A model generated the notes under the pieces. That model saw only the letters and a program-made list of their open reading frames with translations, was not told the origin of the DNA and searched no databases. A stretch of DNA of 46,392 bases from Planctomycetota bacterium (GTDB lineage: Bacteria > Planctomycetota > Planctomycetia > Pirellulales > Pirellulaceae). The stretch is taken from contig JANMEB010000718.1 of assembly GCA_031376585.1 (NCBI GenBank), positions 1-46,392 of the forward strand. Direction: 5' to 3'. The position numbers were made by a program, and so were the translations under genes. The first letter of the stretch is position 1, and each line of letters opens with the position of its first letter. This document shows positions 44,532-46,392 of this stretch, one piece after another.

Positions 44532-46392
44532 CTAGCGACGATCGTAACGTCCGCCGCCACGTCCTTCGCCACCACCACCACCACCGCCACCACCGCCGCC
44601 ACCACTTCCGCCACCGCCACCGCCGCTACGACCACCGCCGCCACTTCTACTTGGACCACCGCCGCCGCTACGACCGCCGCCGCCACCTCCTCCGCGACTG
44701 CTGCCGTGGCTTCGTCCGCCACCTCCGCCGCCGCCACCGCTTCGTCCGCCTTGTCCCCCACGGCCACGACCACCGCCGCCGCCACCACCACCGCCGCGAC
44801 CGTCTCCGCTTCCGCTATGTCGGCGTGGAGGGCGATCGGCACCGCCTCGGTCATCTTCATAATCGCCCAATTCCTCATCTTCGCCGCCGCGATCCTCACG
44901 GACTGCATCGGCGAATTCATCTACCAAGCCCAATTCTTGCAAAGCGGCTCGGCGACTTAGTTTTACACGGTCTTGGCCATCGACATCGATGACTTTGACT
45001 TTCATTTCATCGCCGATTTGGCAGACGTCTCGAACGCTGGAAACATATCCGGACGACAACTCGCTGATGTGGCAAAGTCCGTCACGGCCCGGCAAGATTT
45101 CAACAAACGCGCCGAAGTCCGTGATGCTGGCCACGGTACCGTCGTATATTTTTCCGATTTCGACGGTCGCCGTGCAAGCTTGAACCATGCCTAATGCTTG
45201 GTCGGCCATTTCCTGGTCTGCGCTGGCGATTACAACGATACCGTCATCATCGACTTCGATGACCGTGTTCGTCGTTTCCTGAATTTGGCGGATGTTCTTG
45301 CCGCCGGGGCCGATGAGCATTCCGATTTTCTCGGGATCGATTTGCAATCGGACCAATCGCGGAGCGTATTGCGAAATGTCTGCACGCGGCCGCGGGATCG
45401 CGGCGATGATCTTTTTGAGAATCTCAATTCGAGCGGTCCGCGCTTGGGTGAGCGTCGCGCTGATGATTTCCATGCTAATTCCGCGAATCTTCAAATCTAA
45501 TTGGATTCCGGTGATGCCGTTTTGCGTTCCGGCTATCTTGAAGTCCATGTCGCCGAAATGGTCTTCGTCGCCGATGATATCGGTGAGCAGTACCCATTTA
45601 TCTTCGGATTCCTTGACGAGACCGATCGAAATGCCAGCGACGGGATTGGTAATTTTCACTCCGGCGGCCATCAAGCCGAGCGTTGCGCCGCAAACCGAAG
45701 CCATTGATGACGAACCGTTCGATTCCAAGATGTCGGAAATGACGCGGATCGTGTAGGGGAACTTTTCTGGATCCGGCAAAACGGGATTGACGCTTCGTTC
45801 GGCCAGTGCTCCGTGTCCAATTTCGCGGCGGCCTGGCCCACGAATGGGCTTGCATTCACCCACGCTGAACGGCGGGAAATAATAATCGAGCATGAACTTT
45901 TTCGAGTATTCTTCGACCAGGCCATCGACTCGTTGTTCATCGCGACCCGTTCCTAAAGTCACCGTGATTAAAGCTTGAGTTTCACCCCGTTGGAACAGGG
46001 CAGAGCCGTGAACTCGCGGCAACACGTCGACCAAGCACTCGATGTCACGAATGGTCTTGTTGTCGCGACCATCGGCCCGGCGACCCGACACGATCAAATC
46101 GCGGACGACCTTTTCCTCCAACCGATGCCAAGCCGTCTTGAAGTCAGCTTCCTTGATTGCGTTTTCCGCCTTTGGATCGGGAACCAAGCTGGCAAACGCG
46201 CGATCGCGCAAATTCGACACGGCCTCTTTGCGAGCATGTTTTCCGCTGCTTGAATTGGCCCGTGCGAAATCGTCGTAAAAAGCCGACTTGAGTCGCCCAA
46301 AAATTCCGTTATCCGGTGCCGGTTCAAATTTAGATTTGACGACTCCGACCTTGCGAGCCAATTCGCGTTGCAACGCGCACAGTTCCCGAACT
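44532..46392 (-). CDS. pnp: Polynucleotide phosphorylase (partial; the N-terminus lies beyond the window end) with an acidic then Gly/Arg-rich C-terminal tail
   Basis: It has the RPH core (GRR.DGR...RVHGSALFQRGETQ; GRREIGHGALAERS; ESNGSSSMASVCG), KH (IGPGGKNIRQI) and S1 (GKIYDGTV...FGAFVEILPGRDGLCHISEL) domains. The reading frame is open to base 46392. Confidence 0.95.
   Translation of the reverse strand, partial: VRELCALQRELARKVGVVKSKFEPAPDNGIFGRLKSAFYDDFARANSSSGKHARKEAVSNLRDRAFASLVPDPKAENAIKEADFKTAWHRLEEKVVRDLIVSGRRADGRDNKTIRDIECLVDVLPRVHGSALFQRGETQALITVTLGTGRDEQRVDGLVEEYSKKFMLDYYFPPFSVGECKPIRGPGRREIGHGALAERSVNPVLPDPEKFPYTIRVISDILESNGSSSMASVCGATLGLMAAGVKITNPVAGISIGLVKESEDKWVLLTDIIGDEDHFGDMDFKIAGTQNGITGIQLDLKIRGISMEIISATLTQARTARIEILKKIIAAIPRPRADISQYAPRLVRLQIDPEKIGMLIGPGGKNIRQIQETTNTVIEVDDDGIVVIASADQEMADQALGMVQACTATVEIGKIYDGTVASITDFGAFVEILPGRDGLCHISELSSGYVSSVRDVCQIGDEMKVKVIDVDGQDRVKLSRRAALQELGLVDEFADAVREDRGGEDEELGDYEDDRGGADRPPRRHSGSGDGRGGGGGGGGGRGRGGQGGRSGGGGGGGGRSHGSSRGGGGGGGRSGGGGPSRSGGGGRSGGGGGGSGGGGGGGGGGGGEGRGGGRYDRR

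Noticed and set aside
44465-44992. His/Arg-rich (+) and Ala/Val-rich (-) ORFs over the pnp 3' end
   Set aside because: They are alternative-frame readings of the GGN/CCN low-complexity tract that encodes the PNPase Gly/Arg tail. The pnp frame is continuous with the S1 domain.

Overview
This is a chromosomal, mostly housekeeping window with about 38 protein genes and one tRNA. I saw no transposase, integrase, phage, CRISPR or recognisable defence genes. Gene content suggests a Planctomycetota (Pirellulales-like) genome, by inference only: a 1224-aa SecA, PNPase with a long Gly/Arg tail, LpxB/WaaA/LpxH-like LPS genes, a sialate O-acetylesterase, GAF-PP2C, FHA, TPR and LTXXQ-like secreted proteins.

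Recognised genes in order:
- hsp20, the fabD-fabG-acpP-fabF operon and ruvB
- a degenerate sigma-54-activator-like regulator and mrp/apbC
- a site-2 (M50) protease, lpxB and a secreted twin TRASH/YHS-like Cys-motif protein
- a compact 4-gene operon (SPT-like alpha-oxoamine synthase, two-domain GNAT, CYTH, MFS)
- thiE, clpC, an orphan Pol-beta-type nucleotidyltransferase, ruvX, an esterase and an MBL hydrolase
- secA, waaA, metK, a GAF-PP2C phosphatase, an aspartate aminotransferase and myo-inositol-1-phosphate synthase
- an FHA protein, tRNA-Arg(UCG), a LURP-one-like protein and an LpxH-like phosphoesterase
- nrnA, ribF, a sensor-less histidine kinase and pnp (partial)

Observations worth follow-up:
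1. The AOS-GNAT-CYTH-MFS operon is a candidate sphingoid/aminolipid or signal-molecule pathway.
2. A consensus sigma-54 promoter sits in front of hsp20, while the only EBP-like gene in the window lacks its ATPase and sigma-54-contact motifs.
3. A 28-codon Lys/Ala-rich micro-ORF has a strong SD and a textbook terminator. Upstream of it lies an approximately 750-bp ORF-free, AT-rich stretch with perfect palindromes.
4. A 2 x 24-bp tandem repeat fills the fabD leader.
5. A family of approximately 130-bp nested palindromic (REP/MITE-like) elements is present.
6. PNPase carries a C-terminal tail of about 120 aa (acidic stretch followed by an RGG/poly-Gly region).

All functional calls come from reading motifs in the translations. 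No database search was run.
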